Below, piece after piece: positions 63,839 through 64,000 of a DNA stretch of 64,000 bases. The stretch is taken from positions 1,832,411 to 1,896,410 of the forward strand of contig NW_015168046.1 in NCBI RefSeq assembly GCF_001447785.1, read 5' to 3'. Each line of letters starts with the position of its first letter. The stretch's first letter is position 1. Both the position numbers and the translations under genes were made by a program. This DNA comes from Gekko japonicus. Lineage: Eukaryota. The notes below the pieces were generated by a model. It saw only the letters and a program-made list of their open reading frames with translations, made no database searches and was not told where the DNA came from.

Positions 63839-64000
63839 CAGGGCTATTTTTGGGCAGGAACGCACAGGAACGGAGTTCCGGCTGGCTCCTGAGTTGGCCA
63901 CGCCCAGCAGGAACTCATTAGCATAATAGGCCACACCCAACAGCAGAAACTCATTAGGATTGGTTACATTAGGGGTGTGTGGCCTAACATGCAAAGAAGT
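63839..64000. mobile_element. hAT MITE truncated by the window end
   Basis: CAGGGCTATTTTT...CAGGAACGCACAGGAACGGAGTTCCGGC, related to the element at 58470. Confidence 0.7.

Overview
This is repeat-rich vertebrate DNA, most likely intronic or intergenic sequence from a squamate reptile (probably a gecko). The evidence is the co-occurrence of Squam3-type tRNA SINEs, 5S-derived SINEs, Sauria-type SINE heads, BovB, CR1 with an esterase ORF1, and young L2 LINEs. No host protein-coding exon could be identified with confidence; every recognisable ORF is transposon-derived. Contents include L2, CR1 and BovB LINE remnants, a degenerate Gypsy element (PR, RH, INT, 3' LTR), several solo LTRs, many hAT and PIF/Harbinger MITEs with visible TIRs and TSDs, two non-autonomous Helitrons and several nested insertions. 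The most unusual observation is a pair of ~700-bp composite SINE-like elements at 18541-19254 (-) and 39209-39902 (+). They share a tRNA/Sauria-type Pol III head, a conserved 3' box and an L2-type (TAAA)n tail. Between a shared GGCACCC...GGGTGCC closing stem each carries a different ~350-bp CpG-rich, T-poor core that looks able to fold, and the frame hairpins show compensatory changes. Family names come from recall of known consensus features and were not confirmed by database search.
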